From assembly GCA_026396575.1 (NCBI GenBank), contig JAPLWM010000005.1:1-59763 (forward strand): DNA of 59,763 bases. Direction: 5' to 3'. Made by a program: the position numbers and the translations under genes. Source of the stretch: Candidatus Komeilibacteria bacterium. Lineage in GTDB: Bacteria; Patescibacteriota; Patescibacteriia; UBA1558; UBA10009. Below, one piece after another: positions 1 to 9,783 of this stretch (the first letter of the stretch is position 1; each line of letters starts with the position of its first letter). The notes beneath the pieces were generated by a model, which saw only the letters and a list, made by a program, of their open reading frames with translations, ran no database searches and had not been told where the DNA came from.

Positions 1-260
1 AAGATATCTTGATTTGGTGGCCTTAGTTAGCTCTTTTTTACCCATGTGAGTCATATTTTAACCATAATTAGTGAATTAATTATGGTTAGATTTTAAATGA
101 CTCAATCGATTAGGCCAAAGTTAGAAATTAGATGACTCAACGCGATTAAATTGATAATTTCCCAAATTTTCAGTATACTATGTATAAGCTCCTCAGCTCG
201 GAAGTGAAAAAGTTTACTTTTTCACTTCTCTCGCTTTACGTCGCTTATAATTACCACAAT

Positions 261-1028
261 ATGGCCAGGGTAATTTCCATTATCAATCAAAAAGGCGGAG
301 TGGGTAAAACCACCACGGCCGTTAATTTGGCAGCTTACTTGGCCGCTTACGGCCAGAAGGTTCTTTTAATTGATATTGACCCGCAAGGCAACGCTTCTTC
401 GGGTTTGGGCGTTAATTACCAGGATTTGGCCAAAGGCATTTACGATGTGATGATGATTGATCCGGTAACTTTTGAAGAAGTGATTTTGGAAACCGAAGTG
501 GATAATTTGCATCTGGCTCCGGCCAATTTGAATTTAGCCGGCGCCAACGTGGAGCTGGTAGGCGTGGATCGCCGAGAATTCCGCTTATTGGATAACCTGC
601 GCCGGATTACCGGCGATTATGATTTTATTTTAATCGACAATCCGCCCAGTTTGGGGCTGTTAACTTTAAACGGCATGGTAGCGGCCGATGAGCTGTTGAT
701 TCCGGTGCAATGCGAATACTATGCCTTGGAGGGTTTATCCCAATTATTATACACCATTAACTTGGTGCAGAATAATTTAAAGCCGGAGCTGAATATTTTG
801 GGTGCGGTGTTAACTATGTTCGACGGTCGGAATAAATTATCGGAAGCGGTCTTTAACGAATTGTATCAGCATTTCCCCAGGAAAATTTTCCGTTCGGTAA
901 TCCCGAGAAGCGTCCGTTTGGCCGAAGCGCCTTCTTACGGCAAATCGATTTTACAATACGATCCGCATTGCCGGGGCGCCAGGGCCTATCAGCGTTTGGC
1001 GGAAGAAGTTATTTTATCTAAGCGATAA
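261..1028 (+). CDS. parA: Chromosome partitioning ATPase ParA/Soj
   Basis: NQKGGVGKTT deviant Walker A, DIDPQGN, PVQCEYYALEG motifs; likely start ATG 261 (MARVISI) rather than 180. Confidence 0.95.
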   Translation: MARVISIINQKGGVGKTTTAVNLAAYLAAYGQKVLLIDIDPQGNASSGLGVNYQDLAKGIYDVMMIDPVTFEEVILETEVDNLHLAPANLNLAGANVELVGVDRREFRLLDNLRRITGDYDFILIDNPPSLGLLTLNGMVAADELLIPVQCEYYALEGLSQLLYTINLVQNNLKPELNILGAVLTMFDGRNKLSEAVFNELYQHFPRKIFRSVIPRSVRLAEAPSYGKSILQYDPHCRGARAYQRLAEEVILSKR

Positions 1029-1032
1029 TTTT

Positions 1033-1920
1033 ATGTTAAAAGGAGGTTTAGGCAGGGGATTAAGCTCGTTAATCCCGCAAAAATTAAATATTACCGGCAT
1101 TGAATCGGATTTTTCTGGTTTGCCACAAACAGTAGCTCAAGATTTGGGCGAGCGGGTCAAAGAAATTGAGCTTGGCAAAATTGCCGTTAATCCCCATCAG
1201 CCACGCGAGAATTTTGACCACGGCGATTTGGAAGATTTGGTTAATTCCATAAAAAAGCACGGCATTTTACAGCCGCTGATTGCGGTGGATTTATCGGGCG
1301 GGCAATATCAGTTGGTTGCCGGCGAGCGTAGATTGCGGGCTGCCCAAATTTTAGAGCTTAAAACCGTGCCCTGTTTGGTGCGCAAAGCCCAAGAGCAGGA
1401 ACAGCTGGAACTGGCCTTGATTGAAAATCTGCAGCGCTCGGACCTTAATTGTTTGGAAGAAGCTCGGGCTTACAAAAAATTAATGGAAGAATTCAATTTA
1501 ACCCAGGAAGAAGTTGGGATTAGAGTCGGAAAAAAGCGCCCCACCATTGCCAATGCCTTGCGATTATTGGATTTGCCCCAAGAAATCCAAACGGCTTTAA
1601 AGGAGGGCCGGATCACTGGAAGCCACGCCAAGGTAATTTTATCGGCCGAAACCGAAGCCGAGCGCTTAAAGTTGTTCCACCAGATTGTTAAGCTTAATTT
1701 AACCGTTAATCAATCAGCTGGCGAAGTAAGGCGGGTGCGGGTAAAAGGCCACGAGCGGATAATTTCCAAAGATTTGGAAACGGCCGAACAGGAAGACGGT
1801 TTGCGTTTGGCTTTGGGCACCAGAGTTTCCATAACCAAAAAAGGCACCGGCGGAACCATTGCCATAGATTTTTATTCAACCGAAGAATTAAGCGGCATTA
1901 TCGGCAAAATTGTAAAATAA
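1033..1920 (+). CDS. parB: ParB/Spo0J partitioning protein
   Basis: GLGRGL N-terminus, AGERRLRA, IENLQR motifs, HTH; follows parA. Confidence 0.95.
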   Translation: MLKGGLGRGLSSLIPQKLNITGIESDFSGLPQTVAQDLGERVKEIELGKIAVNPHQPRENFDHGDLEDLVNSIKKHGILQPLIAVDLSGGQYQLVAGERRLRAAQILELKTVPCLVRKAQEQEQLELALIENLQRSDLNCLEEARAYKKLMEEFNLTQEEVGIRVGKKRPTIANALRLLDLPQEIQTALKEGRITGSHAKVILSAETEAERLKLFHQIVKLNLTVNQSAGEVRRVRVKGHERIISKDLETAEQEDGLRLALGTRVSITKKGTGGTIAIDFYSTEELSGIIGKIVK

Positions 1921-1921
1921 A

Positions 1922-3385
1922 TCAGCCTTTCAGCAGTTTGCTTTTCCGGCTGGTTTCTTTTTTTCTCAAAGTTTGCCTGATTTTTTCCTTGGCGGCGTTG
2001 GTAATAACAAAATTAAGCCAATCTTCATTGGGCGTCGTGCGGTTTTTATTGATTAAAATTTCCACCACGTCGCCGTTTTTTAATTTTGTTTCCAGCGGGG
2101 CGATTTGGTCGTTAATCATGGCGCCGACGCATTTATCGCCGATGTCGGTATGGATGGTATAGGCAAAATCCACCGGGCAGGCGCCTTCGGGCAGGTCAAT
2201 GACGTCGCCTTTGGGGGTAAAAACAAAAATATGATTCTGGAAAAAACCCACTTTTACCTCTTTTAAATAGGCCTGGTTATCGGCCAATTTTTTTTGGACT
2301 TCCAGCAGATTTTTTAACCAATCGGTTTTTTCTTTGGTCAGAGAGCGGTTGGACAGTTCTTTGTAGTGCCAGTGGGCGGCCACGCCGTATTCGGCCAGTT
2401 CGTGCATTTCCAGATCCCGGATTTGGAATTCCACCACTTTGCCTTTATCGGCAAAAACGGTGGTATGCAGGCTTTGGTAGCCGTTTGGCTTGGGCTGGGC
2501 GATGTAATCCTTAATCCGGCCTTTTAACGGCACCCATTTTTTATGGATAATGCCTAAAACCCGGTAGCAGTCGGCCACGTTTTTGGTAATAATCCTGACG
2601 GCGATTAAATCGTAAATTTTATTGATGTCTTTGTCTTTTTCCAGCAGTTTTTTATAGAGCGAGTAAAGGTATTTCATCCGGCCATGGATGGAAATGATTT
2701 CTATTTTGTTTTCCAGCAGTTCCTTTTGGACGATTTTTTTTATTTTTTCAATGTATTTTTTTTCAATTTTCAATTTATCTTCGGAAACGCTTAAAGCCCA
2801 GTCGTATTCCTTTGGATAAGCGTAAGGAAAAGCCAAATCTTCCAAAATGCCGCGCATTTCGCCCATGCCCAGGCGGTTGGCAATGGGCGCGTAAATTTCC
2901 AAGGTTTCCAAGGCCACCCGGCGGCGCTTATCCGGCCGGTTAAAGCTTAAAGTTTCCAAATTGTGCCAGCGGTCGGCGAATTTTATTAAAATCACCCGGA
3001 TATCGTCGCTCATGGCGATAAACATCCGGCGCAAATTTTCGGCATAGCGCTCCAGGCCGCGGTATTTTAAAGTGCCCAGCTTGGTAATGCCTTCCACCAG
3101 TTTGGCCACTTCTTTGCCGAATTTCTTCTTTATGTCCTCCAAAGTATAGCTGGTGTCTTCCGGCACATCATGCAACAATCCGGCCGCCAGGGCCGCCAGG
3201 TCCAATCTCATGTCGGCCAGATGATCAACCGTAGCTAAAGAATGCTGGATGTAATCCTCGCCGGACAGACGCTTTTGGCCGGCATGAGCTTGAGCTGCGA
3301 ATTCGTAGGCTTCCAGCAGCATTTGCGGATCGGCCTGCGGATTATAGCTTTGCACCTTTTTTATGATATCCTCGATAGTTAACAT
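1922..3385 (-). CDS. relA: RelA/SpoT (p)ppGpp synthetase/hydrolase (HD + SYNTH + TGS)
   Basis: LHDVPED, IKFADR, KPNGYQSLHT, VFTPKG-TGS; likely start ATG 3385. Confidence 0.92.
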   Translation of the reverse strand: MLTIEDIIKKVQSYNPQADPQMLLEAYEFAAQAHAGQKRLSGEDYIQHSLATVDHLADMRLDLAALAAGLLHDVPEDTSYTLEDIKKKFGKEVAKLVEGITKLGTLKYRGLERYAENLRRMFIAMSDDIRVILIKFADRWHNLETLSFNRPDKRRRVALETLEIYAPIANRLGMGEMRGILEDLAFPYAYPKEYDWALSVSEDKLKIEKKYIEKIKKIVQKELLENKIEIISIHGRMKYLYSLYKKLLEKDKDINKIYDLIAVRIITKNVADCYRVLGIIHKKWVPLKGRIKDYIAQPKPNGYQSLHTTVFADKGKVVEFQIRDLEMHELAEYGVAAHWHYKELSNRSLTKEKTDWLKNLLEVQKKLADNQAYLKEVKVGFFQNHIFVFTPKGDVIDLPEGACPVDFAYTIHTDIGDKCVGAMINDQIAPLETKLKNGDVVEILINKNRTTPNEDWLNFVITNAAKEKIRQTLRKKETSRKSKLLKG

Positions 3386-3437
3386 AAAGGAGATAATAGT
3401 ATAGTTATTGTAATTATAAAAGTAATTATAGTCAAAT

Positions 3438-3551
3438 AAAAAGGCCCGGCCTTGCCTGACGATAAAATTATAATAAACAATGTAGGGGCACAATATGTTG
3501 TGCCCCTACAATTTAAACGGCGTAATAATTATGGCAAGGCCGGGCCTTTTT
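3438..3551. repeat. Nested palindromes: 19-bp outer inverted repeat enclosing a GTAG-type REP-like hairpin
   Basis: aaaaaggcccggccttgcc (3438-3456) / ggcaaggccgggccttttt (3533-3551); inner tgtaggggcacaa-tatg-ttgtgcccctaca (3481-3510). Confidence 0.85.
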
Positions 3552-4803
3552 AAAAACTGCGCCGTTTTTTAAGGATTTGTTCTTCGGTTAGCCAATGCGT
3601 CCGAAGCTCCCCTGTTAAAAAGAAGGAACCGCAAATAATCAGGCAATCGCGGCGCTTGGTAATTTTTAAGCCATGTTCAAGCGCCTGGTAAGGATCTAAA
3701 TATAATTGGGGTTTTAGTTTAGGTTTAATGTTTTTGGCAATAACAGCCAAATGTTTTAAATCGGCCGTAGTCCTAAAAGGCATTAAAAATCTGGTCAACA
3801 GCAAATTATCGGCTAAGGGCACGATGGTTTTTAAAGAATTATCCAAATCTTTGTTGCCGCTCAAGCCCAAAATAATATTTTTTTTGCCAGGTATGGTTTT
3901 TAACCTATTGGCCAAAAATTTCAGCTTGCTGGGGTTATGCGAGCCGTCTAAAATTACCAGCGGTTCGGTTTGCATTATTTCAAACCTACAGGGCAATTTG
4001 GCGGTTTTTATTCCCTGTTCAATGTAGCGCTCTTCAATTTTTAAATAACGGGCAATGGCTGTCGCTAAGGCGACATTTGGATCGTCTTTCGATTTAATCA
4101 TTGTAAACGGCGTATTCGTAGTCGCGCACTTTTTAGCTAAAAGTTTTAACAGCGGTTTTCTGGTTTCGGCGGTAAAAAAGGCTGAACCCTTTTTAATAAT
4201 CCCGGCTTTATCAACGGCGATTTTTTTCAAAGTTTTGCCTAAAATTTCCTGATGGTCGAAATTAATATTGGTAATGGCCGTAACCAGCGGTTTTAAAATT
4301 ACATTGGTGGCGTCGTGGGTGCCGCCCAAACCAGCTTCCAGCACCACGTATTGGCATTTTTTTTGCTTAAAATACAAAAAAGCCAGGGCCAAAAAAGTTT
4401 CAAAATAAGAAGGCAATCCCAAGGGCGAGGTTTTAGCGCACCGGGCAAGGGCCGGTTTGATTTTTTCCATTAAAGCGGCAAATTCGGCTGGGGCAATATA
4501 TCGGCTGTTCACTTTAATCCGTTCAATGGAGGTGGTGGGATGCGGGGAAAAATAAGCGCCGGTTTTATTGCCCGCGGCGGTTAAAATTTCTTGGATTACA
4601 TTAACGGTCGTGCCTTTGCCGGAAGTGCCCGTAATATGGATATATTTAAAGCCCAAATGTGGATTGCCCAGTAAATTTAAAAAATAACGCAGCCGTTCCA
4701 AATAAACGGAGCGGTCCTTGGCGTTTAGCAAATAGTCCTGAATCGGCAGATTTAACAGCGATTCCAGGAATTTTACCGCTTGTTGGTATTTATTAAAACT
4801 CAT
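3550..4803 (-). CDS. folC: Folylpolyglutamate synthase/dihydrofolate synthase
   Basis: HITGTSGKGT, EAGLGGTHDATN, DGSHNP, CGSFFL motifs. Confidence 0.9.
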   Translation of the reverse strand: MSFNKYQQAVKFLESLLNLPIQDYLLNAKDRSVYLERLRYFLNLLGNPHLGFKYIHITGTSGKGTTVNVIQEILTAAGNKTGAYFSPHPTTSIERIKVNSRYIAPAEFAALMEKIKPALARCAKTSPLGLPSYFETFLALAFLYFKQKKCQYVVLEAGLGGTHDATNVILKPLVTAITNINFDHQEILGKTLKKIAVDKAGIIKKGSAFFTAETRKPLLKLLAKKCATTNTPFTMIKSKDDPNVALATAIARYLKIEERYIEQGIKTAKLPCRFEIMQTEPLVILDGSHNPSKLKFLANRLKTIPGKKNIILGLSGNKDLDNSLKTIVPLADNLLLTRFLMPFRTTADLKHLAVIAKNIKPKLKPQLYLDPYQALEHGLKITKRRDCLIICGSFFLTGELRTHWLTEEQILKKRRSF

Positions 4804-5897
4804 AATTTAAGATAACATTGGTTGCCGAGGTTTTTTACTAGGCCTTTAAGCTCCAGCTGCATTAAACTGGCGTTGATAATCGCTGTATCCAGGGTAGCGT
4901 TTTCAGCTATTTTGTCAATGTGTTGGGGTTCACTGCTAAGCAGTTTGTAAATCATTATTTCTTCGGCCGATAAGTTTGGCAGTTTTAGTTCTATTTCCAT
5001 TTGCCCCGGCTCCAGCCCGAAAATTTCCAAAATATCATTGCTTGAAGTTATAACTTTAGCGCCGTTTTTGATTAAATTATCAACACCCGCGGCATTTAAG
5101 GCATTGATGTTTTGCGGCACGGCTAAAACTTCGCGGTTTTGTTCCAAAGCATAAGCGGCCGTAAGCAAAGCGCCGGATTTTTGGGCGGCTTCCATAATTA
5201 ACACAGCATTGGCCAGGCCGGCGATAATCCGATTGCGCAAAGGAAAATGGAAAGTTTGAGCTTTAAGGTGCGGGGGATATTCGGAAATAATCAAGCCGCC
5301 TTTGGCAATTATTTCTTGCGCCAAGTTAACGTTGCTTTGCGGATAAAAACAGTTCCAGTTTAAACCGGAGCCAATTACGGCAATTGTTTGCCCATTATTG
5401 GCTAGAGCCAATTGATGGGCCAGCGTGTCTACGCCCAAAGCACAACCGGAAATAATGTTAACTCCGCGCGTTATAACCGGATTTAATAGTTTTGGCATAA
5501 CCATTTGGCTGTAAGTGGATATTTTTCTGGAACCAACTACCGCTAAATTAAGTTGCCAATTGAAAAGTTTGGCATTACCACGATAATATAGGGCCAAGGG
5601 TGGAGCATAAATTTCTTTTAACAGCATTGGGTAATTTTTATCGGTTAAAGTGATAACTTGGATATTTTCTTTGGCCAAATAGGCGATAATTTTGTCAGGA
5701 TCGATTTTTTGCCGTTCCGCTATAAAATTATGGATTATTTTTTCTTCCAGGCCGGCCTTTCTTAAATCAAAAAAAGAGGCCTTAAACACGGCTTCAGGGG
5801 AGTTTAATTTTTTAATCAGTTTTTTTAAGGTGGCCGGCCCGATGCTGTTCAGCCAATTTAAAGAAACCAGGTATTTATCCGTTAAATCGCTTTTCAT
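4800..5897 (-). CDS. dprA: DNA processing protein DprA
   Basis: AVVGSR, SGCALGVDTLAH, FPLRNRIIAGL, C-terminal wHTH (LELKGLV). Confidence 0.95.
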   Translation of the reverse strand: MKSDLTDKYLVSLNWLNSIGPATLKKLIKKLNSPEAVFKASFFDLRKAGLEEKIIHNFIAERQKIDPDKIIAYLAKENIQVITLTDKNYPMLLKEIYAPPLALYYRGNAKLFNWQLNLAVVGSRKISTYSQMVMPKLLNPVITRGVNIISGCALGVDTLAHQLALANNGQTIAVIGSGLNWNCFYPQSNVNLAQEIIAKGGLIISEYPPHLKAQTFHFPLRNRIIAGLANAVLIMEAAQKSGALLTAAYALEQNREVLAVPQNINALNAAGVDNLIKNGAKVITSSNDILEIFGLEPGQMEIELKLPNLSAEEIMIYKLLSSEPQHIDKIAENATLDTAIINASLMQLELKGLVKNLGNQCYLKL

Positions 5898-5949
5898 ATG
5901 GCATCAGCTTAGTATATGGGGTAATTTTGTCAAGCAATTTACCCCCTTC

Positions 5950-5979
5950 TTGACAGCAAATCTTGTCTTTTGTTAAGAT
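5950..5979 (+). promoter_or_regulatory. Sigma70-like promoter upstream of a structured intergenic region
   Basis: TTGACA (5950) with 18-nt spacer to TAAGAT (5974), TG extended -10. Confidence 0.5.
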
Positions 5980-6009
5980 AGGGTATCGTTGAAAAATATG
6001 GGGTTTTAC

Positions 6010-6135
6010 TTAAAGTTCTGCTTGCCAGCGGCTCGTAGGCCGGGGTTGCCCTCCTAACTTCCGGCCGGTAGCCACCAAGCTAAGGTTCCGCCTCTTGTAG
6101 GCCGGTTTCTTACGCTGGCAGGTAGTATTTTAGGC
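6010..6135 (+). ncRNA. Candidate structured non-coding RNA (unidentified)
   Basis: GC-rich, no long ORF; closing stem ctgcttgccagcg/cgctggcaggtag, inner ggccgg/ccggcc and gcct/aggc hairpins. Confidence 0.4.
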
Positions 6136-6139
6136 AAAA

Positions 6140-6697
6140 TTAATTGTATTTATTCATCACTTTTTCCAGCGGTTCAGCCATGAGCATTTTTATGGCTTCA
6201 GCCGCCGTATTGATTGCTTCTTTGATTTTATTCTTTTCTGTTAGTCCAAATTTTTGCAGAACGAATTTTTCGGCCGGTTGCTTGGCAGAGTTGCCGTTGC
6301 CAATGCCAATCCGAACTCTTATAAATTTTTTGGTTTTTAAGTGTTCTATAATTGATTTAATGCCATTATGTCCGCCGGCTGATTCAAATTGGCCGATTCT
6401 TATTTTTCCCAAAGGCAAATCCAAATCATCGTAAACTACAAAAATATCTTCGGGTTTTGCTTGATGGTTTTTGGCGGCATAAGCCGCGGCTTCACCGGAG
6501 TTATTCATGAAAGTTAAGGGTTTAATCAATTCAACCGCCATTTCGTTAAGTTGGGTTTTTAAATATAGCAGTTTGGCTTTCTTATTTTCCGCCCATTGTT
6601 CTTGCCTGACTAAAGAATCCAAAACCAGCCAGCCCGTGTTATGGCGGGTTTTTTCGTATTCTTTACCGGGATTGCCTAAGCCCACGATCAGCTTCAT
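6140..6697 (-). CDS. pth: Peptidyl-tRNA hydrolase
   Basis: MKLIVGLGNPG, TRHNTG, KPLTFMNNSG, AGGHNG. Confidence 0.95.
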   Translation of the reverse strand: MKLIVGLGNPGKEYEKTRHNTGWLVLDSLVRQEQWAENKKAKLLYLKTQLNEMAVELIKPLTFMNNSGEAAAYAAKNHQAKPEDIFVVYDDLDLPLGKIRIGQFESAGGHNGIKSIIEHLKTKKFIRVRIGIGNGNSAKQPAEKFVLQKFGLTEKNKIKEAINTAAEAIKMLMAEPLEKVMNKYN

Positions 6698-6701
6698 ATA
6701 T

Positions 6702-8042
6702 TTAGATGCCAAGTTTGCGCACCTTAATTATAATCGGTGTGCCGAAAAAACCAAAATGCTCACGCAAGCGGTTTTCAATAAAGCGAAAATAGGAAAAATG
6801 CAGGTCCGATTGGAAGTCCTTGAGAATTTCAAAACACGGGGGATTGGTGCCGGTTTGCTTTAAGCCGTAAATGCGGGGCTGCTTGGTGCCCTTGCCCCTG
6901 GCCGGCGGCTGGGTAGCTAAGAGTTTCTTTAAAAACTTATCCATGGCATTATCGGTAATTTCCCTGAAGCGTTCCTCATAGGCGGTTTTAGCCGTTTCCA
7001 AAACTTTATTAACCCGCTGTTTTTCCAGAGCCGAAATAAAAATAACCGGAGCAAAGCTTAGAAAAGGGAAGAAGCGTTTGTAGTATTTGGTAAACTTATT
7101 GATGGTTTCGTCGGTTTTATCGCCGATCAAATCCCATTTGTTGGCTAAAATTATCAAGCTGGCCTGGGAACTTAAAATTACATCGGCCAAATGGGCATCC
7201 TGCTTGCTTAATTTTTCGGCAGCGTCCGTTACCAGCACCGTCACATCGGCCTTGGCAATGCGGCTTAAAGCCTGGGCCACGCTGGATTTTTCCAATTTAT
7301 TCTGGATGTGCCCCTGCCTTCTGATGCCGGCGGTATCTATTAAAATGTAGGGCTGGCCGCGGTAATTCAAATAGATATCCTGCGAATCGCGGGTGGTATA
7401 GGGCATGGGGCTGACAATTACCCGTTCTTCGCCCAAAATGGCGTTAACCAAAGAAGACTTGCCCACGTTTGGTTTGCCGATGATGGCGATTTTAATCGGT
7501 TTGATCGTTTCGGCAATTTTGCTTTTGCCTTTCCTTTTTAAGGTTTTGAAAATTTTATAAACTTCGTCCAGCAGATCGCCGGTGCCGCTGCCGGAAATAG
7601 CGGAAACGGCAAAGGCCTCGCCCAAGCCGAACTGGTAAAAATCGGCCAGCTGTTTTTTTAGGCCGGCATTGTCCGCTTTATTGGCCACCACTAAAACTGG
7701 CTTTGTTTGCTTTCTTAAAATATTGGCTACGGTTTTATCCTGGGCGGTTACGCCCAGCTTGGCGTCCACCATGAATAAAATTACGTCGGCTTCGCTGATG
7801 GCAAAATGCGCCTGTTTAACCACTTCTTTCTCCAGCTCTTTTTCATGGACCAAGTCCACCCCGCCGGTATCGATTAAAATAAAAGTTTCGCCGCGCCATA
7901 GCACTTGGCCGTAATTACGGTCGCGGGTAGTGCCGGGAATATTGGAAACAATCGCTTTCTTCTCCTCGGTTAAGCGGTTAAAGAGAGTGGATTTGCCGGT
8001 GTTGGCCCGGCCGACAATGGCAACTTTTATTTGTTTGGTCAT
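6702..8042 (-). CDS. der: Ribosome biogenesis GTPase Der (EngA)
   Basis: Two G-domains (GRANTGKS, GKPNVGKS; DTGG, DTAG), KH-like C-terminus. Confidence 0.95.
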   Translation of the reverse strand: MTKQIKVAIVGRANTGKSTLFNRLTEEKKAIVSNIPGTTRDRNYGQVLWRGETFILIDTGGVDLVHEKELEKEVVKQAHFAISEADVILFMVDAKLGVTAQDKTVANILRKQTKPVLVVANKADNAGLKKQLADFYQFGLGEAFAVSAISGSGTGDLLDEVYKIFKTLKRKGKSKIAETIKPIKIAIIGKPNVGKSSLVNAILGEERVIVSPMPYTTRDSQDIYLNYRGQPYILIDTAGIRRQGHIQNKLEKSSVAQALSRIAKADVTVLVTDAAEKLSKQDAHLADVILSSQASLIILANKWDLIGDKTDETINKFTKYYKRFFPFLSFAPVIFISALEKQRVNKVLETAKTAYEERFREITDNAMDKFLKKLLATQPPARGKGTKQPRIYGLKQTGTNPPCFEILKDFQSDLHFSYFRFIENRLREHFGFFGTPIIIKVRKLGI

Positions 8043-9646
8043 TTGATTACTTTTAAGGTTGAACTGGCAATGTTTAAAGCGGAGGTGGCCGTGAACTGGC
8101 CGGTGGAAGTCGGCGCTGTTTCTTTCAGTTCCGGCAGTTTGAAGGTTTGGGCAAAATCCGCGCCTAAAATAACAATCAGGTCCGGTTTTTCCTTAACCGT
8201 ACTGGCAGCGGCTGTAGTGGCGGCATATTCTTTAAGCAAATAATCTGGCACCGGGCGGGCCAAATAGGCCCCGGTTTCATTTTTCAGCCATTTTAAAGTA
8301 TCGTTTTTTTGCCCGTCGGTTAAATCGTAAATAACCGTTCGCTGGTAATCCTGGGTGGCGGCGTTTCTGAATCTGATAATTTTATAGCCCAGTTTTTCCA
8401 AATGGACGGCGCTCCAATAAGCCAGGCCACCCACGGGCGTGCCGTTTTGAATTTCAATTTTCGCTCCTTCGCTGATAATTTTGCCGGTATTGAAAATATC
8501 GTTCATTTGCCTGGCCAGCGTGTTAAAATTACCTTCTTTTGGCTGTAAAATCCAGGCACCTTCCGCGGTTACGCCGGGTTCCAGTAAACTGTCGGGACCG
8601 TCGTCCAAAACCAGGCGGTAAATTTTACTCTCGTCGGTGTTTTTAACCATCTGGGTAATTTTTAAGCCTTGCCAGATGGACATGTCGGTTTCTACCGATT
8701 TGCCCAAAAGGTTCATGGTGGCGGTAATTTTTTGAGGAGAAAGCAGAGTGGAAAATGTAAACAATTTATCTTTCACTGCCTGCAAAATCAGCTGCTGCCT
8801 GCGGCTGCGGGCAAAATCCGAACCTTCAAAATTGTTGCCGTGCCGGCTGCGGGCGTAAATTAAAGCAGTGGGGCCGTCCATTAATTGCATACCTTTTTTA
8901 AAGCTGACGGTTTGCACTTTATAATCATCGGTCGGATAGGTGTTGTCGGCAAAGGCGTTGGGCACATCAATGGTAATGCCGCCGATTTCATCGATGAATT
9001 TGCTGAAGCCGTCAAAGGTTAAGAGGGCAGAGTAATGGATGGGGATTTTTAAAGTGTCTTCAACGGTTTTGGTAATAGCAACGGCGCCTTGGTTGCCAGC
9101 GGCTCTGCCCAAAGAATAAATTTCATTGATTTTATGCCACTGCCCGTCGGTATACTTAACCGCCATATCGCGGGGAATGGAGAGCAGGCCCACTTCGCCG
9201 GTGGAGGGTTTAATGCTGATGACGATAATCGTGTCGGTTAAGTAGGGGCCGTCGTGGCCCTCGCCGCCGATGCCCAAAGCCAGAATATTCACGCGGTCGG
9301 TAAACTCGCCGGCCACGCGGCGGTCATCGCCCGCTAAAAAACCGGCCAATTGGATAAAAGGATTAAAGCGGTTAAGGCCGGTTAAGCCGCTGCCGCTGGG
9401 CGAGAATAATCTTTCCGAAAGGTACATGGTGCCGGAAATAAGCAAAATAAACAAGCTGATTAAAACAATTTTGATAATCAAATGTTTTTTAAGCCGGGGC
9501 CGTTCCAGGGTTTCCGGCCTTATCCGATCAACCGGCGCGGGAGCGTTTGTTTGTTCCGGTTCACGATGGATTAAAAAATTAATCCGATTTTGCGGTCGGT
9601 AAATTTTATCGCGATTGATTCTTTTTAAGCCGTCCAAAGGAGACAT
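8039..9646 (-). CDS. LCP (LytR-CpsA-Psr) family protein with LytR_C domain
   Basis: Single TM, NILALG, TDTII, LSIPRD, YARSR, DFARSRRQQ; NGT..GLA C-terminal domain. Confidence 0.9.
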   Translation of the reverse strand: MSPLDGLKRINRDKIYRPQNRINFLIHREPEQTNAPAPVDRIRPETLERPRLKKHLIIKIVLISLFILLISGTMYLSERLFSPSGSGLTGLNRFNPFIQLAGFLAGDDRRVAGEFTDRVNILALGIGGEGHDGPYLTDTIIVISIKPSTGEVGLLSIPRDMAVKYTDGQWHKINEIYSLGRAAGNQGAVAITKTVEDTLKIPIHYSALLTFDGFSKFIDEIGGITIDVPNAFADNTYPTDDYKVQTVSFKKGMQLMDGPTALIYARSRHGNNFEGSDFARSRRQQLILQAVKDKLFTFSTLLSPQKITATMNLLGKSVETDMSIWQGLKITQMVKNTDESKIYRLVLDDGPDSLLEPGVTAEGAWILQPKEGNFNTLARQMNDIFNTGKIISEGAKIEIQNGTPVGGLAYWSAVHLEKLGYKIIRFRNAATQDYQRTVIYDLTDGQKNDTLKWLKNETGAYLARPVPDYLLKEYAATTAAASTVKEKPDLIVILGADFAQTFKLPELKETAPTSTGQFTATSALNIASSTLKVIK

Positions 9647-9710
9647 GATGAACCAATTATAATAAAAATAGGGCTAACAGTCAATTCTATTATTTTGAAT
9701 AAAATTTTAG

Positions 9711-9739
9711 TTGACAGGCCAGCGGATATTGTTTAAGAT
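9711..9739 (+). promoter_or_regulatory. Sigma70-like promoter for the NYN gene
   Basis: TTGACA-17 nt-TAAGAT. Confidence 0.6.
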
Positions 9740-9783
9740 ACGGGAAGTAACGGGGTCAAAAGCACATTAACCCTGTTTTATTT

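Noticed and set aside
180-260. Longest-ORF starts for parA (180), relA (3493), lepB (13262) and the ABC exporter (43770)
   Set aside because: The extensions run through promoter or palindrome DNA; downstream ATGs match the family N-termini.
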